The notes beneath the pieces are model-generated. The model was not told the origin of the DNA. It made no database searches and saw only the letters and a list, made by a program, of their open reading frames with translations. Below, piece by piece: positions 1 through 9,726 of a stretch of 64,000 nt of DNA (position 1 is its first letter; each line of letters begins with the position of its first letter). A program made the translations under genes and the position numbers. This DNA comes from Dehalococcoidia bacterium. GTDB taxonomy: Bacteria > Chloroflexota > Dehalococcoidia > Bin125. The stretch lies in assembly GCA_965220315.1 (NCBI GenBank), contig CBDCPP010000002.1, positions 579,088 through 643,087 of the forward strand, read 5' to 3'.

Positions 1-979
1 CCCCGAACCCGCCCACTTCGTCGTACAGCTTCCGGATCCGCCAAGCCACCTCCTCCGGACTCCCTACTAAGTACCGCGTGTCCACCATGTACTCCGCCGT
101 CACCGCGTCATCCGCCATCGCTGGATCGTGCTTCACGATCTCCAGAAAACCGTACTTCGCCAAAATCGGCCGGAAGTAGCCCAGGAAGTCTCGCGCCAGC
201 GTCCCCTGCAACGCCTCCGCCCGCGCCTCCTCCGATGTCGGCGCCACAAAAACCTCACGCGCGATTCGCCAATCTGCCCGGCTCACCGTCCGTCCACCGC
301 GCGCTGCTCCCTCCTCTACCGCCTCCCAGTGCGTCTTTAGCACCCAAGGCGGCACGTAATTGATGCTCATCGGGATCCAGCCGCGCTCTCCTGCTAGCTT
401 CAGCGTCTCCGATCTCGGCGTCAGTCCCGCCACGGCGATCGGCGGGTGCGGCTGTTGGTATGGCTTCAGGTGCACCCAAAACCCCAGATCCTCCTGCGGC
501 TCCGGCATCGTGAAGCGCCAGAACTTGTTCGCGTAGGTCCCCGGCGGCAGCCCCGCCCAGATCTTCAGCACCATCTCCAACGTCTCGAGCGTCAGGGACC
601 GATGCTCTCCCGCCTCGTCATCGACCCCGAACACGTCGAAGTCCAGCGGCGTCGCCCCCGATCCGATCCCCCAGCGGAACCGCCCCCGCGCTTGGTGATC
701 CAACTGTGCGATCCGGTGTGCGATGTGGAAGGGGTTGTGGTTTGGGAGGCAGGTCACCCCCGTCCCCAGCTTGATCTGCTCCGTCCGCGCTAGGGCCTCC
801 GCAATGAATAGCTCCGGCGCTGGGATGTTCTCCCAGGCGCTCGTGAAGTGCTCCCCGATCCACGCCTCGGTATAGCCCAGCTGATCCAGCAGCACGATCT
901 GGTCCATGTCGTGCCGGATCGTCTGTCCGAAATCTGCCTCCGGCGGATGCAGCGGCATCGCAAAGTAGCCAAGCTCCAT
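1..979 (-). CDS. LLM-class (luciferase-like) flavin/F420-dependent oxidoreductase; C-terminus runs off the window start
   Basis: The reverse-strand translation from the ATG at 977-979 reads MELGYFAMPLHPPEADFGQTIRHDMDQIVLLDQLGYTEAWIGEHFT and stays open to position 1, ending ...SPEEVAWRIRKLYDEVGGFG. This is the typical luciferase-like monooxygenase N-terminus. A GGGGAGGA ribosome-binding site lies upstream. It is missing from the ORF track because no stop falls inside the window. Confidence 0.7.
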   Translation of the reverse strand, partial: MELGYFAMPLHPPEADFGQTIRHDMDQIVLLDQLGYTEAWIGEHFTSAWENIPAPELFIAEALARTEQIKLGTGVTCLPNHNPFHIAHRIAQLDHQARGRFRWGIGSGATPLDFDVFGVDDEAGEHRSLTLETLEMVLKIWAGLPPGTYANKFWRFTMPEPQEDLGFWVHLKPYQQPHPPIAVAGLTPRSETLKLAGERGWIPMSINYVPPWVLKTHWEAVEEGAARGGRTVSRADWRIAREVFVAPTSEEARAEALQGTLARDFLGYFRPILAKYGFLEIVKHDPAMADDAVTAEYMVDTRYLVGSPEEVAWRIRKLYDEVGGFG

Positions 980-1128
980 CGCCGTTCCTCCCCATCCTGC
1001 GCGCCGCGTGAGTATGCCACAGTCCGCCTCCGCCGACACACGCCCCGCCGCGTTGTCGATCCCTGTTCCGCTCGCTAGCCTGCGATCGCTTGGGATACCG
1101 GCGAATATTCGGCGAGGAGGCCCCGCTC

Positions 1129-1590
1129 ATGCCCACACTCGAGGAACGCATCCTCCAACTCGAGGAGATCGAAGCGATTCGGCGGCTCAAGAACGTTTAC
1201 GCTGCTCATTGCGATAACAACTACGATCCTGACGCCCTCGCACCCATGTTCACCGAGGACGCCGTCTGGGAGATGGGTCCCCTCGGCCGCTTCGAAGGAC
1301 GGCAGCAGATCAAGAACTTCTTCACCGAAGTCTCCGGGAAATTCACCTTCGCTCTTCACTACATGTGTGGCCACATGATCGACTTCGTCTCCCCCACCGA
1401 AGCCACCGGCACTTGGTATATCTGGGAGACTGCCACCATCGACGGCGTCCCCATGTTCGTCGCTGCTACCTACGAGGACCGCTACGTCAAGCAGGACGGC
1501 GAATGGAAATTCGCCCGCGTCAAGGTCAACCCCGCCTTCATGACTCCTTACCATGATGGCTGGGTCAAAACTCAGTTCCCTCCCGACTAA
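1129..1590 (+). CDS. SnoaL-like / NTF2-fold small protein
   Basis: ORF 1090-1590. An internal ATG at 1129 is preceded by GAGGAGG. The roughly 150-aa protein has the composition typical of SnoaL/NTF2-like polyketide-cyclase-fold proteins (LEEIEAIRRL, WEMGPLGRFEGR). Assignment is by family resemblance only. Confidence 0.5.
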   Translation: MPTLEERILQLEEIEAIRRLKNVYAAHCDNNYDPDALAPMFTEDAVWEMGPLGRFEGRQQIKNFFTEVSGKFTFALHYMCGHMIDFVSPTEATGTWYIWETATIDGVPMFVAATYEDRYVKQDGEWKFARVKVNPAFMTPYHDGWVKTQFPPD

Positions 1591-1939
1591 GCTCCCTCTT
1601 ACCTGCTCCCCCAAGAGCTAAGCGCGTACTGGTACTCTTTCCTCACAGCAGGATCGAAGGAGAGATGGAAGAGAGGTGTGGCTCCGAGGATGACCCGCCC
1701 CCAAAAGAGTGGGATTATCTCAAGAAGGTTAAAAGGGGAGCAGCTGGGAACGGTTAGAGAGCCTGTGCCATGATGGGCCGTGGCGTCATTGTTAATCGGA
1801 TGCGCTGGTTCGCTGCAACGATCCTATGTGTTGTAAAGATGCCTATTTTTGTATGGCGTGCCGTGCAGTTTTGGCGATCTCTTAGCGCAGGGGATCAGCG
1901 ATGCCCGTTTCGGGGAAAGATTCCCTGAGGCGAGGGCCT

Positions 1940-2338
1940 GGGTAAACAGCGATATAATCCCCTTCTGTTTTCCGTCTTGGCGTTGTTTATCGCCAGCGTC
2001 GTCTCTTCGTCGGCGGATGCCCAGAGATACACTGGGCTGTTGAGCTTGCTGAGCGGCCTGCCGATCTGGCTGGCGGGACTGTTCGTCTCACAACCGGACG
2101 TGTGATCGCCCAAATACTCACGTACTTCCCTTTTACGGCGCCGCCGACGCTGATGATCAAGCTCGGCGCGGGGAGCGCTATGTCGGAGGGCGAGATCGCC
2201 CTCGCTTTGGGGATCGTCGCCGCAACGGCGGTGGTCTTGCTTTGGATTGCAGCCCGTGTATTCCGGGTCGGAATCCTACTCTCCGGTCAGCGGATCACCG
2301 GGCGCGATGTCTGGGCGGCGCTGTGGCACGCTAACTAG
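1940..2338 (+). pseudogene. possible frameshifted remnant of an ABC-2 type transporter permease (C-terminal part)
   Basis: Overlapping short ORFs in two frames (1849-2043, 2102-2338) encode hydrophobic permease-like segments (LLSLLSGLPIWLAGLF; GIVAATAVVLLWIAARVF). The region is AT-richer than its surroundings and no complete gene is present. Confidence 0.25.
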
Positions 2339-2421
2339 TATTTCGAGTGTTTTTCTGCACTGGCTGGCGGCGCGGCTCGCGTCTGTATCTCCGTGCGGCG
2401 CGACGGAAGAACGGCACTTGT

Positions 2422-3207
2422 CTAACCCAAACCCGGGGTCGGCAGGAATCCTCCATCCACCACGATCTCCTGCCCTGTCACGAACGTGGAAAGGTCACTC
2501 GCCAGCCACGCCGCCGTCCGCGCGATGTCCAGCGGTTCCCCCGCTCGCGGGATCGGTTGTGATTCGGCGAACAGCGCTACTTGCTCTGCCCGCGTCTCGG
2601 CCTGCAAACGCGGATCAGCCAGCGACTGCGGCGTCACGATCAGTCCCGGCTGGATCGCATTCACACGAATCTTGTGCTTTCCGTACTCCACCGCCGCCAC
2701 CCGTACCAGTCCTCCGATTCCCGCCTTGCTCGCCGCGTACGCCGCCGAAAGCGGCAACCCAAACTCCGCCGCGATCGAAGAGGTCGCGATGATCGATCCT
2801 CCGCCCCGCTCGATCATGTGCGGGATCGCCGTGCGCAGGCAGAGGAACGTACCCCGCAAGTTCGTCGCGATCGTCTTGTCGAACTCTTCCTCGCTACAGT
2901 CCGCCAGGCCGCCCGTTCGATAAAACACTCCAGCGTTGCTGAACATCACGTCCAGCCCGCCCCAGCGCTCCACCGCCGCTGTGATCAACGCCTGCACCGC
3001 TGGCGCCTGCGACACATCGGCGCGTTGGAACACCGCCTCCCCACCGTCTTCGCGCGCCGCCGCCGCGCTCGCCTCTCCTCCTCTCTCGTCTACATCCCCC
3101 ACCACCACCTTGGCCCCTTCCCGCGCGAACACCCGCACGCTCTCCGCGCCGATCCCGGAGGCCCCGCCCGTTATCACCGCCACTTTGCCGTCTAGCATGC
3201 CCATCAT
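2422..3207 (-). CDS. SDR-family short-chain dehydrogenase/reductase
   Basis: It has the N-terminal TGGASGIG Rossmann motif and the catalytic YAASK motif (SAAYAASKAGIGGL). It abuts the upstream SDR gene at 3207 with one shared base, consistent with an operon. Confidence 0.85.
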   Translation of the reverse strand: MMGMLDGKVAVITGGASGIGAESVRVFAREGAKVVVGDVDERGGEASAAAAREDGGEAVFQRADVSQAPAVQALITAAVERWGGLDVMFSNAGVFYRTGGLADCSEEEFDKTIATNLRGTFLCLRTAIPHMIERGGGSIIATSSIAAEFGLPLSAAYAASKAGIGGLVRVAAVEYGKHKIRVNAIQPGLIVTPQSLADPRLQAETRAEQVALFAESQPIPRAGEPLDIARTAAWLASDLSTFVTGQEIVVDGGFLPTPGLG

Positions 3208-4019
3208 TAGCGGCCCTCACCCGCTTTCGTCCGCCGCAGCGCTTCATCCACCTCCGGCGCACGAAAGCTGTTCAACAGGTACCCCCCGTCGACCATGATC
3301 GTCTCTCCCGTCATCCAGCTACTTTCGTCGGACGCCAAGAATACCGCCGCATTGGCAATATCCAGCGGCTCGCCCAGATGCCCCAACGGCACGTGCCGCT
3401 CGAAATGGTCGCGCACTTCGGGGATGCCCAGCAGACCGCTGGAGATCCGCGTCGGTACCGGCCCCGGCCCGATGCAATTGACCCGGATCCCATGCGACGC
3501 CAGCGCTACCGCCGCCGACTTGGTCAAATTCTTCACCCCCGCCTTGGCTGCGGTATAGGACGGCGCCAGCGGTGCCCCTACCTCACCCAATTGGCTGCCC
3601 GTGTTGATGATCTGGCCGCCCTCCCCTTGCGCGATCATCTGCCGCGCCGCGATCTGGTTGCAGATGAAGACCCCTCGCAGGTCGACGGCTTGTACGCGGT
3701 CCCACTCCTCATCCGTCAGATCCAAGAAGCCGGCGCGCTCCACGGTCCCTGCGTTCGCTACCATCGTCGTCAGCTTGCCGAATCGCTCGACTGCCGCCTC
3801 GACACCGGCCTGAATCTCCGTTCGCTTGCTGACGTCACAGTGCACCATCAGCGCCTCATGGCCACGCTCTCGTACTCGCTGCGCCGTCTCTGCCAGCCAG
3901 GTCATATCGATGTCCGCGATCGCCACCTCCGCCCCCTCTTCCGCGAACCGTTCTGCCATCGCCCGGCCAAAACCGCTGGCGGCACCCGTGATGAACGCTA
4001 CCTGTCCCTTGAGTCGCAC
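3207..4019 (-). CDS. SDR-family short-chain dehydrogenase/reductase
   Basis: It carries ITGAASGFG and YTAAKAG motifs. The start is a GTG at 4017-4019 with an AGGAGG ribosome-binding site. Confidence 0.85.
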   Translation of the reverse strand: MRLKGQVAFITGAASGFGRAMAERFAEEGAEVAIADIDMTWLAETAQRVRERGHEALMVHCDVSKRTEIQAGVEAAVERFGKLTTMVANAGTVERAGFLDLTDEEWDRVQAVDLRGVFICNQIAARQMIAQGEGGQIINTGSQLGEVGAPLAPSYTAAKAGVKNLTKSAAVALASHGIRVNCIGPGPVPTRISSGLLGIPEVRDHFERHVPLGHLGEPLDIANAAVFLASDESSWMTGETIMVDGGYLLNSFRAPEVDEALRRTKAGEGR

Positions 4020-4183
4020 AGTTCGCTCCTCCTGCCCGACGCTTCCATGCTTGACCCGCCGAGGCTAACGAGGCATCCGCGGCAGTCAAGCCGCAGCTAT
4101 TGTGTTGTGTGTTAGTACACGGCTTGTGTTGACACACGGCCGCAGCAAGCTAGATTTCCATTCGTCCCAGAGAGGAGGGGACC

Positions 4184-6241
4184 ATGGCTTTCCGAGTCGG
4201 TGTTGACGTGGGTGGAACCTTCACGGACCTTCTTCTCATTGACGAAGACGGCGGTGCCCGACACATCGCCAAAGTCCCCTCTACTCCTCCGGACCTCTCC
4301 GCTGGCGTCCTGCAAGGGCTGGAGAAAGTTTGCCAACAAGCCGGCATCGAGCCACAGGCGATCAGCCAAGTCATGCACGGCACCACCGTAGCCACCAACG
4401 CCATCCTCACCGGCAGCGGCGCTCGCGTTGGCCTCGTGACTACGCAGGGTTACGGACAGGTGCTGCAAGTGGCCCGCTCCTTCGTCCCCGGTGGTCTAGG
4501 TGCCTGGGTGATCTATAACAAGAGCGCCCCACTCGCCCCGCTCGAGTTGACGATCGAAGCTAAGGAACGCCTCAGCGCCCGCGGCGATGTCGTCGAACCC
4601 CTGGACGAAGACGACCTCCGCGCCAAGCTTCGCCAGCTCAGAACTCGTGGCGTTGAGGCGCTCACCGTCTCGCTGATCAATGCTTACGCCGACGGCCGAC
4701 ATGAGCGCCGTGTTCAGGCGATCGCCGAAGAGGAAATGCCCGGCGTGCCCGTCTCCCTTTCGTCCGAAGTGATCCCGGAAATGCAGGAGTACGAGCGCAC
4801 CATCACTACCGTCGCCAACTCTTACGTGCGCCCTACCGTAGCCAGCTATGTGACGGCGCTCCAAAGCGATCTTCGCGACCGGTTGAGCGACCACAACCTC
4901 CACCTGCTTCGCTCCGACGGTGGTCTCGCCTCGGCCGAAACCGCTCGTGCCACTCCTGTCAACCTGCTCATGAGTGGTCCGGCTGGTGGTGTCGCCGGCG
5001 CCATCTGGATCGCCCAACAGGCCGGTTACCACAATCTGCTAACTTTCGATATGGGCGGAACTTCTACCGATGTCTGCCTCGTGCAAGACGGCCGCGCCCG
5101 CACCCGCCGCGAAACCACCGTCGGCGACGTGACCGTGCGCGCCTCGTCCCTGGACGTGCGCACGGTTGGTGCAGGAGGCGGCTCCATCGCCCATGTTCCC
5201 GAACTCACCAAAGCCCTGCGCGTCGGGCCCCAGAGCGCTGGCGCCGATCCTGGTCCTGCCGCCTACAACAAGGGCGGCACCAACCCGACCGTCACCGACG
5301 CCAATGTCGTTCTCGGCTACCTCCCCGACACCGCTCGCCTCGGCGGCGAACTTGCCATCGATCGCGTAAAAGCTGCTACTGCTGTCGAGACCGTCGCAGA
5401 CGCTCTCGACCTCTCCCTGGAGCGTGCTGCGGCCGGCATCATTGATATCGTCAACGAGAACATGTTCGGCGCTCTCCGCCTGGTATCCGTCGAACAGGGC
5501 TACGACCCCCGCGACTTCGCCCTCGTCGCCTTCGGCGGCGCTGGACCCATGCATGCCAACGCGCTCGGCCGCCTCATGAATTCCTGGCCGGTGGTCATTC
5601 CGCCCGGACCGGGCGTGCTCTGTGCCTATGGCGACGCCACCACCCGCTTGCGCAACGAAGCTTCCCGCACGTTCATTCGGCGCTTTCCCGAAACGAGCTC
5701 CACTGAAGTGGGTGCCATCCTCAAGGAACTGCAAGAAACCGCTGCTGCGGCGCTCGACGCCGAAGGCGTCCCCCGATCCGACCAGGCCACCACCTGTCAG
5801 ATCGACCTCCGCTACCACGGCCAAGGCTTGCTCCTCACCGTCGACGTGGCGCTCGACGGCTTCACCAGCGGCGGCCTAGAAGCCGCTGGTGTTCAGTTCG
5901 ACCAGATGCACACGCAGCTCTTCACCTTCGCCCTCGACGCCGATAAAGAGGTGGTGAACCTACGTGCGGTCGTCCACGGTCAAGCCACCACCCTCGCTGC
6001 GGAGACGCTGGAATCGAGCGGTCCCGATCCGGCTGCCGCTGCCACCGGTACCCAAGCGATCTACGTGGACCAAGAGCAGCGTCAAGCCACCATTTACAAC
6101 CGTGCTGCCCTTCGCGCGGGGCACCGCATCCCCGGTCCCGCGATCGTGACAGAAATGGATGCCACCAGCCTCATTCTGCCCGGTCACACCGGCGAGATCG
6201 ACGCGCTGGGCAATATCCTCATCCGCCCCAACACGAGCTAG
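4184..6241 (+). CDS. hyuA: hydantoinase/oxoprolinase A family (HyuA; N-methylhydantoinase-A-like, ATP-dependent)
   Basis: The 685-aa protein starts MAFRVGVDVGGTFTDLLLIDEDGG, the canonical HyuA ATPase N-terminus. A GGAGG ribosome-binding site lies upstream. Confidence 0.9.
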   Translation: MAFRVGVDVGGTFTDLLLIDEDGGARHIAKVPSTPPDLSAGVLQGLEKVCQQAGIEPQAISQVMHGTTVATNAILTGSGARVGLVTTQGYGQVLQVARSFVPGGLGAWVIYNKSAPLAPLELTIEAKERLSARGDVVEPLDEDDLRAKLRQLRTRGVEALTVSLINAYADGRHERRVQAIAEEEMPGVPVSLSSEVIPEMQEYERTITTVANSYVRPTVASYVTALQSDLRDRLSDHNLHLLRSDGGLASAETARATPVNLLMSGPAGGVAGAIWIAQQAGYHNLLTFDMGGTSTDVCLVQDGRARTRRETTVGDVTVRASSLDVRTVGAGGGSIAHVPELTKALRVGPQSAGADPGPAAYNKGGTNPTVTDANVVLGYLPDTARLGGELAIDRVKAATAVETVADALDLSLERAAAGIIDIVNENMFGALRLVSVEQGYDPRDFALVAFGGAGPMHANALGRLMNSWPVVIPPGPGVLCAYGDATTRLRNEASRTFIRRFPETSSTEVGAILKELQETAAAALDAEGVPRSDQATTCQIDLRYHGQGLLLTVDVALDGFTSGGLEAAGVQFDQMHTQLFTFALDADKEVVNLRAVVHGQATTLAAETLESSGPDPAAAATGTQAIYVDQEQRQATIYNRAALRAGHRIPGPAIVTEMDATSLILPGHTGEIDALGNILIRPNTS

Positions 6242-6252
6242 AGAGGGCAGCG

Positions 6253-8145
6253 ATGCCGGCCACCTTTAATCAAACCAACACGACGCCCTTCCAGAAAGTC
6301 TCGGTGGACCCTGTCACCCTGGATATCATCGAGAACGCCCTGCGCAACGCCCGCTTTGAGATGGATGCCGTGCTCTTCCGCACCGCTATGTCTCCAGGCA
6401 TCCGCGAGCAGCATGACGAGTTTCCCATGATCGCCAACTTGGACGGCAAGATGGTCGTCGGCCAGTTCGGCTCCTTCATCCATGGTTTCCTCCAAGCCTA
6501 TGACGGCGTGATCGAAGAGGGAGACGTTTTCCTCACCTCGGATCCCTACAGCTGCGACGCTGCCATCAGCCACGGCAACGACTGGCTAGTCTTGATGCCC
6601 ATCCACAAAGACGGCCGCATGATCAGCTGGGTGGCGATGTTTGGGCACGTCACGGATGTCGGCGGCAAAGTGCCCGGTAGTCTCCCCACGGACGCCCGCC
6701 AGATCTTCGAAGAGGGCGTCATCATCCCGCCCGTCAAGATCTATAAGCGCGGCGTGCTACAGGAGGACATCCTCGATCTGATCCTGCGCAACTGCCGTCT
6801 CCCGCAGTGGAACCGCAGCGACCTCAACGCCATCCTCGCTGCCTGCCGCCTGGCAGGACGGCGCACGATCGAGCTCGCTGAGCGCTTTGGCGACGACGTT
6901 TACTACTCTGCTCTGGAGGAACTGCTGGATCGCAACCGTCGCGCTATGCGGGAGCTGATCCGCACCATCATCCCCGAAGAAAAGCGCACCTTTGAGGACT
7001 ACGTCTGCGACGACGGCTTGGGCATGGGTCCCTACAAGCTCCATTGCGCTATGTGGCGCGAGGGCGACAAAGTCATCTTCGACTTCGCAGAGACCGATCC
7101 GCAATCGATCGGCTCCATCAACTTCTATCTCAGCGAAGCCATGTTCAAGATGTTCTGCGGTGTCTTCATGATCATGGTCTTCGACCCGCAAATCCTCTTC
7201 AACGACGGCTTCTATGACCTTATGGAAGTACGCATTCCCAAAGGTTCCCTGCTCAAACCTCGCCGCCCCGCCGCGCTCTCCTGCCGCACCCATACCCTCG
7301 GCCGCGTGTTCGACATCATCAGCGGCCTCTTTGGACAAGGTGCCCCCGACCTGCTCTGTGCTGCCGGCTTCTCCGACAGTCCGCATTTCATGTACTCCGG
7401 CTATGACAAGAATGGTGAGTGGTACCAGCTCTACCAGATCGGCTTCGGTGGTATCCCTGGCCGCCCCATGGGTGACGGCCCCGACGGCCACTCGCTCTGG
7501 CCCTCCTTCACTAACGTTCCCAATGAGTTCCTGGAAAGCTACTTCCCTCTCCGCATCGACACCTATGAGACCGTGACCGACTCCGGCGGCCCTGGCTTGC
7601 ATCGGGGAGGGAACGGTATCTCCATCGGCTATCGTTTCCTTGAGGCTGGCGAAATCTCGATTCATGACGATCGCTGGCTCACCTACCCCTGGGGCGTCAA
7701 CGGGGGTTTCCCCGGTGGCCGTAGCACCAAGCTGCTCGTGCGCACCGACGGCTCCCGTGAGTACCTCCCCTCCAAGTGCGACCGCATCGTGGTTGAGGAA
7801 GGCGACATTCTCTACTTCAACACCTGGGGCGGTGGCGGTTGGGGCGACCCCCTCCAGCGCGCCGCCGCCCTCGTCGCCGCCGACGTTGCTGGCAACCTCG
7901 TCTCCGTCGAGGGCGCCAAGCGCTACGGCGTCGTGATTAACGGCGACGGCACCGTGGACCAAGCGGCTACCATCGCCCTTCGGGAAAAGATCGCGGCCGA
8001 GCGGTCCGCGCCTCAGCTATTCGACTTCGGCGGATCGATCGAAGAGCTCAAGGCCCGCTGCAAAGCGGAAACCATGCTAGACCCGCCCACAGAGCCGCAG
8101 CTTCCGCGCTGGCTCTCCGCCAGGCAGTCGGCTGGCGTCGGCTAG
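6253..8145 (+). CDS. hyuB: hydantoinase B/oxoprolinase family (HyuB)
   Basis: The 630-aa protein has conserved HyuB blocks (DPVTLDIIENALRNARFEMDAVLFRTAMSPGIRE ... SGGPGLHRGGNG). It lies 11 nt downstream of hyuA. Confidence 0.9.
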   Translation: MPATFNQTNTTPFQKVSVDPVTLDIIENALRNARFEMDAVLFRTAMSPGIREQHDEFPMIANLDGKMVVGQFGSFIHGFLQAYDGVIEEGDVFLTSDPYSCDAAISHGNDWLVLMPIHKDGRMISWVAMFGHVTDVGGKVPGSLPTDARQIFEEGVIIPPVKIYKRGVLQEDILDLILRNCRLPQWNRSDLNAILAACRLAGRRTIELAERFGDDVYYSALEELLDRNRRAMRELIRTIIPEEKRTFEDYVCDDGLGMGPYKLHCAMWREGDKVIFDFAETDPQSIGSINFYLSEAMFKMFCGVFMIMVFDPQILFNDGFYDLMEVRIPKGSLLKPRRPAALSCRTHTLGRVFDIISGLFGQGAPDLLCAAGFSDSPHFMYSGYDKNGEWYQLYQIGFGGIPGRPMGDGPDGHSLWPSFTNVPNEFLESYFPLRIDTYETVTDSGGPGLHRGGNGISIGYRFLEAGEISIHDDRWLTYPWGVNGGFPGGRSTKLLVRTDGSREYLPSKCDRIVVEEGDILYFNTWGGGGWGDPLQRAAALVAADVAGNLVSVEGAKRYGVVINGDGTVDQAATIALREKIAAERSAPQLFDFGGSIEELKARCKAETMLDPPTEPQLPRWLSARQSAGVG

Positions 8146-8171
8146 CCTGTAATCACGGCAGACGACGCATC

Positions 8172-8810
8172 ATGGCACAAGATCTCAACCAAGATTACGT
8201 CGGCGCTGGTTACAATCAGCGCCTCGGCTTCGGTGACCGCCCTGCCCTCCTCGTGGTCGATATGGTGGAGGCCTATTTCGATAAGACCTCGCCCCTCTAC
8301 GCTGGCGTCGAGGACGCTCTGGAGTCCGCCAAACGCGTGCTCGCGGCCGCGCGGCAGGTCGGCGTCTTCACCGCCTTCACCAATGTGCGTTATATGAAGG
8401 GCGCCCTCAATGGAGGCATCTTTGTCAAGAAAGTGCCGACGCTTCAAATCTTCGAAGAGGGATCAGCGCTGGGCGATTGGCCCGAGGGCCTCGATCCTCG
8501 CGACGACGAGCTCATCATCTCCAAGCAATATCCCAGCGCCTTCTTCGGCACCAGTTTGGCGGCCACCCTCACTTCGCTCGGCATCGACACGCTGATCATT
8601 GCCGGCCTCACTACCAGCGGCTGTATCCGCGCGACCTGCATCGATACCGTCTCCAGCGGCTTCCGCCCCATCATCGTGCGCGAGGCCGTCGGCGATCGCG
8701 ATGAGCGGCCCCACGAGGCCAACCTCTTCGATATGAACGCCAAATACGGAGATGTCGTCAGCGAAACCGAGGTGATCTCCTACCTGCAGGAGATCGGCGC
8801 CTCCTCCTAG
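8172..8810 (+). CDS. isochorismatase-family cysteine hydrolase (N-carbamoylsarcosine amidase / pyrazinamidase-like)
   Basis: The 212-aa protein shows isochorismatase-fold signatures (ALLVVDMVEAYFD, K in VFTAFTNVRY, GCIRATCIDTV). It is the third gene of the hyuAB cluster. Confidence 0.75.
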   Translation: MAQDLNQDYVGAGYNQRLGFGDRPALLVVDMVEAYFDKTSPLYAGVEDALESAKRVLAAARQVGVFTAFTNVRYMKGALNGGIFVKKVPTLQIFEEGSALGDWPEGLDPRDDELIISKQYPSAFFGTSLAATLTSLGIDTLIIAGLTTSGCIRATCIDTVSSGFRPIIVREAVGDRDERPHEANLFDMNAKYGDVVSETEVISYLQEIGASS

Positions 8811-9664
8811 CGCACTGTCTCCGCCGCCGCTTCCGCCGCTCGGTACCGCTCTACTCCGAGTACGCGCGCGATTGCTTCCACATCCGGCATCTTTCGCGCG
8901 GTCGCATCAATGCGACCGCGACGCGCCAGCTCCTCGTAGATGTCTCGGATCGCGCCGAACAACGCATGGATCGTATCGAGGGCGAGTATCAGTCGGTAGC
9001 CTAAAGCTGCCGCCTCTTCCGCTTGCAACAGCCCACTATTCAGCAGCCGCGGCAGATCCGGCGCCATCGCCGCCACCCGCTCGATGTCATCCCGTGTCTT
9101 GAGTCCGTCGACGAACACCAAGTCCGCTCCTGCTTCCGCGAAGGCGTGGATCCGCCGATCGACCTCGTCCCAACCATGCGGTGCCAGCGCGTCCGTCCTG
9201 GCGATCACCACCAGCGATCCGTCGTGGCGCGCGGCACATGCTGCCCGCACCTTCTGCACCGCTTCCTCGATCGGGATTACCTCCTTGCCGGTCATGAATC
9301 CGCAGCGCTTGGGCCAAACCTGATCCTCAATGTGCAGCGCCGCCACCCCTGCCGCCTCATAGCTTTCGATGGTCCGTGTGACGTTGGCCGCGTTGCCGTA
9401 GCCTGTATCCGCATCTGCGATCACGGGCACGTCGACTGCCGCCGCGATCCGCCGGGCGTTCGCCACCATTTCGCCCATCCCCAGTAGTCCGATGTCCGGC
9501 ACCCCGTGCGCCGCCGCCGTTCCGAATCCAGTCATGTAGACCGCCGCATGTCCGGCTGCAGCGGCATACGCGGCCTGCCCGCCGTCCCATACGAACGGCG
9601 CAACGACCGTCCCTTGATCCATGAGAGCCCGGAGTCGCGCTCCGGGTGACGCTGTTTCTGGCAT
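8807..9664 (-). CDS. isocitrate lyase / PEP mutase family protein (methylisocitrate lyase or carboxyvinyl-carboxyphosphonate phosphorylmutase-like)
   Basis: It carries the conserved TGFG, PVIADADTGYGN and ALHIEDQ motifs of the ICL/PEPM superfamily. The preferred start is the ATG at 9664 with an AAGAGGAG ribosome-binding site (ORF-track start 9682). Confidence 0.8.
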   Translation of the reverse strand: MPETASPGARLRALMDQGTVVAPFVWDGGQAAYAAAAGHAAVYMTGFGTAAAHGVPDIGLLGMGEMVANARRIAAAVDVPVIADADTGYGNAANVTRTIESYEAAGVAALHIEDQVWPKRCGFMTGKEVIPIEEAVQKVRAACAARHDGSLVVIARTDALAPHGWDEVDRRIHAFAEAGADLVFVDGLKTRDDIERVAAMAPDLPRLLNSGLLQAEEAAALGYRLILALDTIHALFGAIRDIYEELARRGRIDATARKMPDVEAIARVLGVERYRAAEAAAETVR

Positions 9665-9726
9665 ATCGTCTCCTCTTACCACTTGCGCTCCGCGGTATCG
9701 TAGCGGCCAGAGTTGGGAGGATAACG

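Noticed and set aside
2486-4115. Plus-strand ORFs (145, 204, 120, 245 aa) across the two SDR genes
   Set aside because: They are antisense to two well-supported SDR genes with intact Rossmann and YxxxK motifs. Composition is Arg/Ser/Pro-rich.
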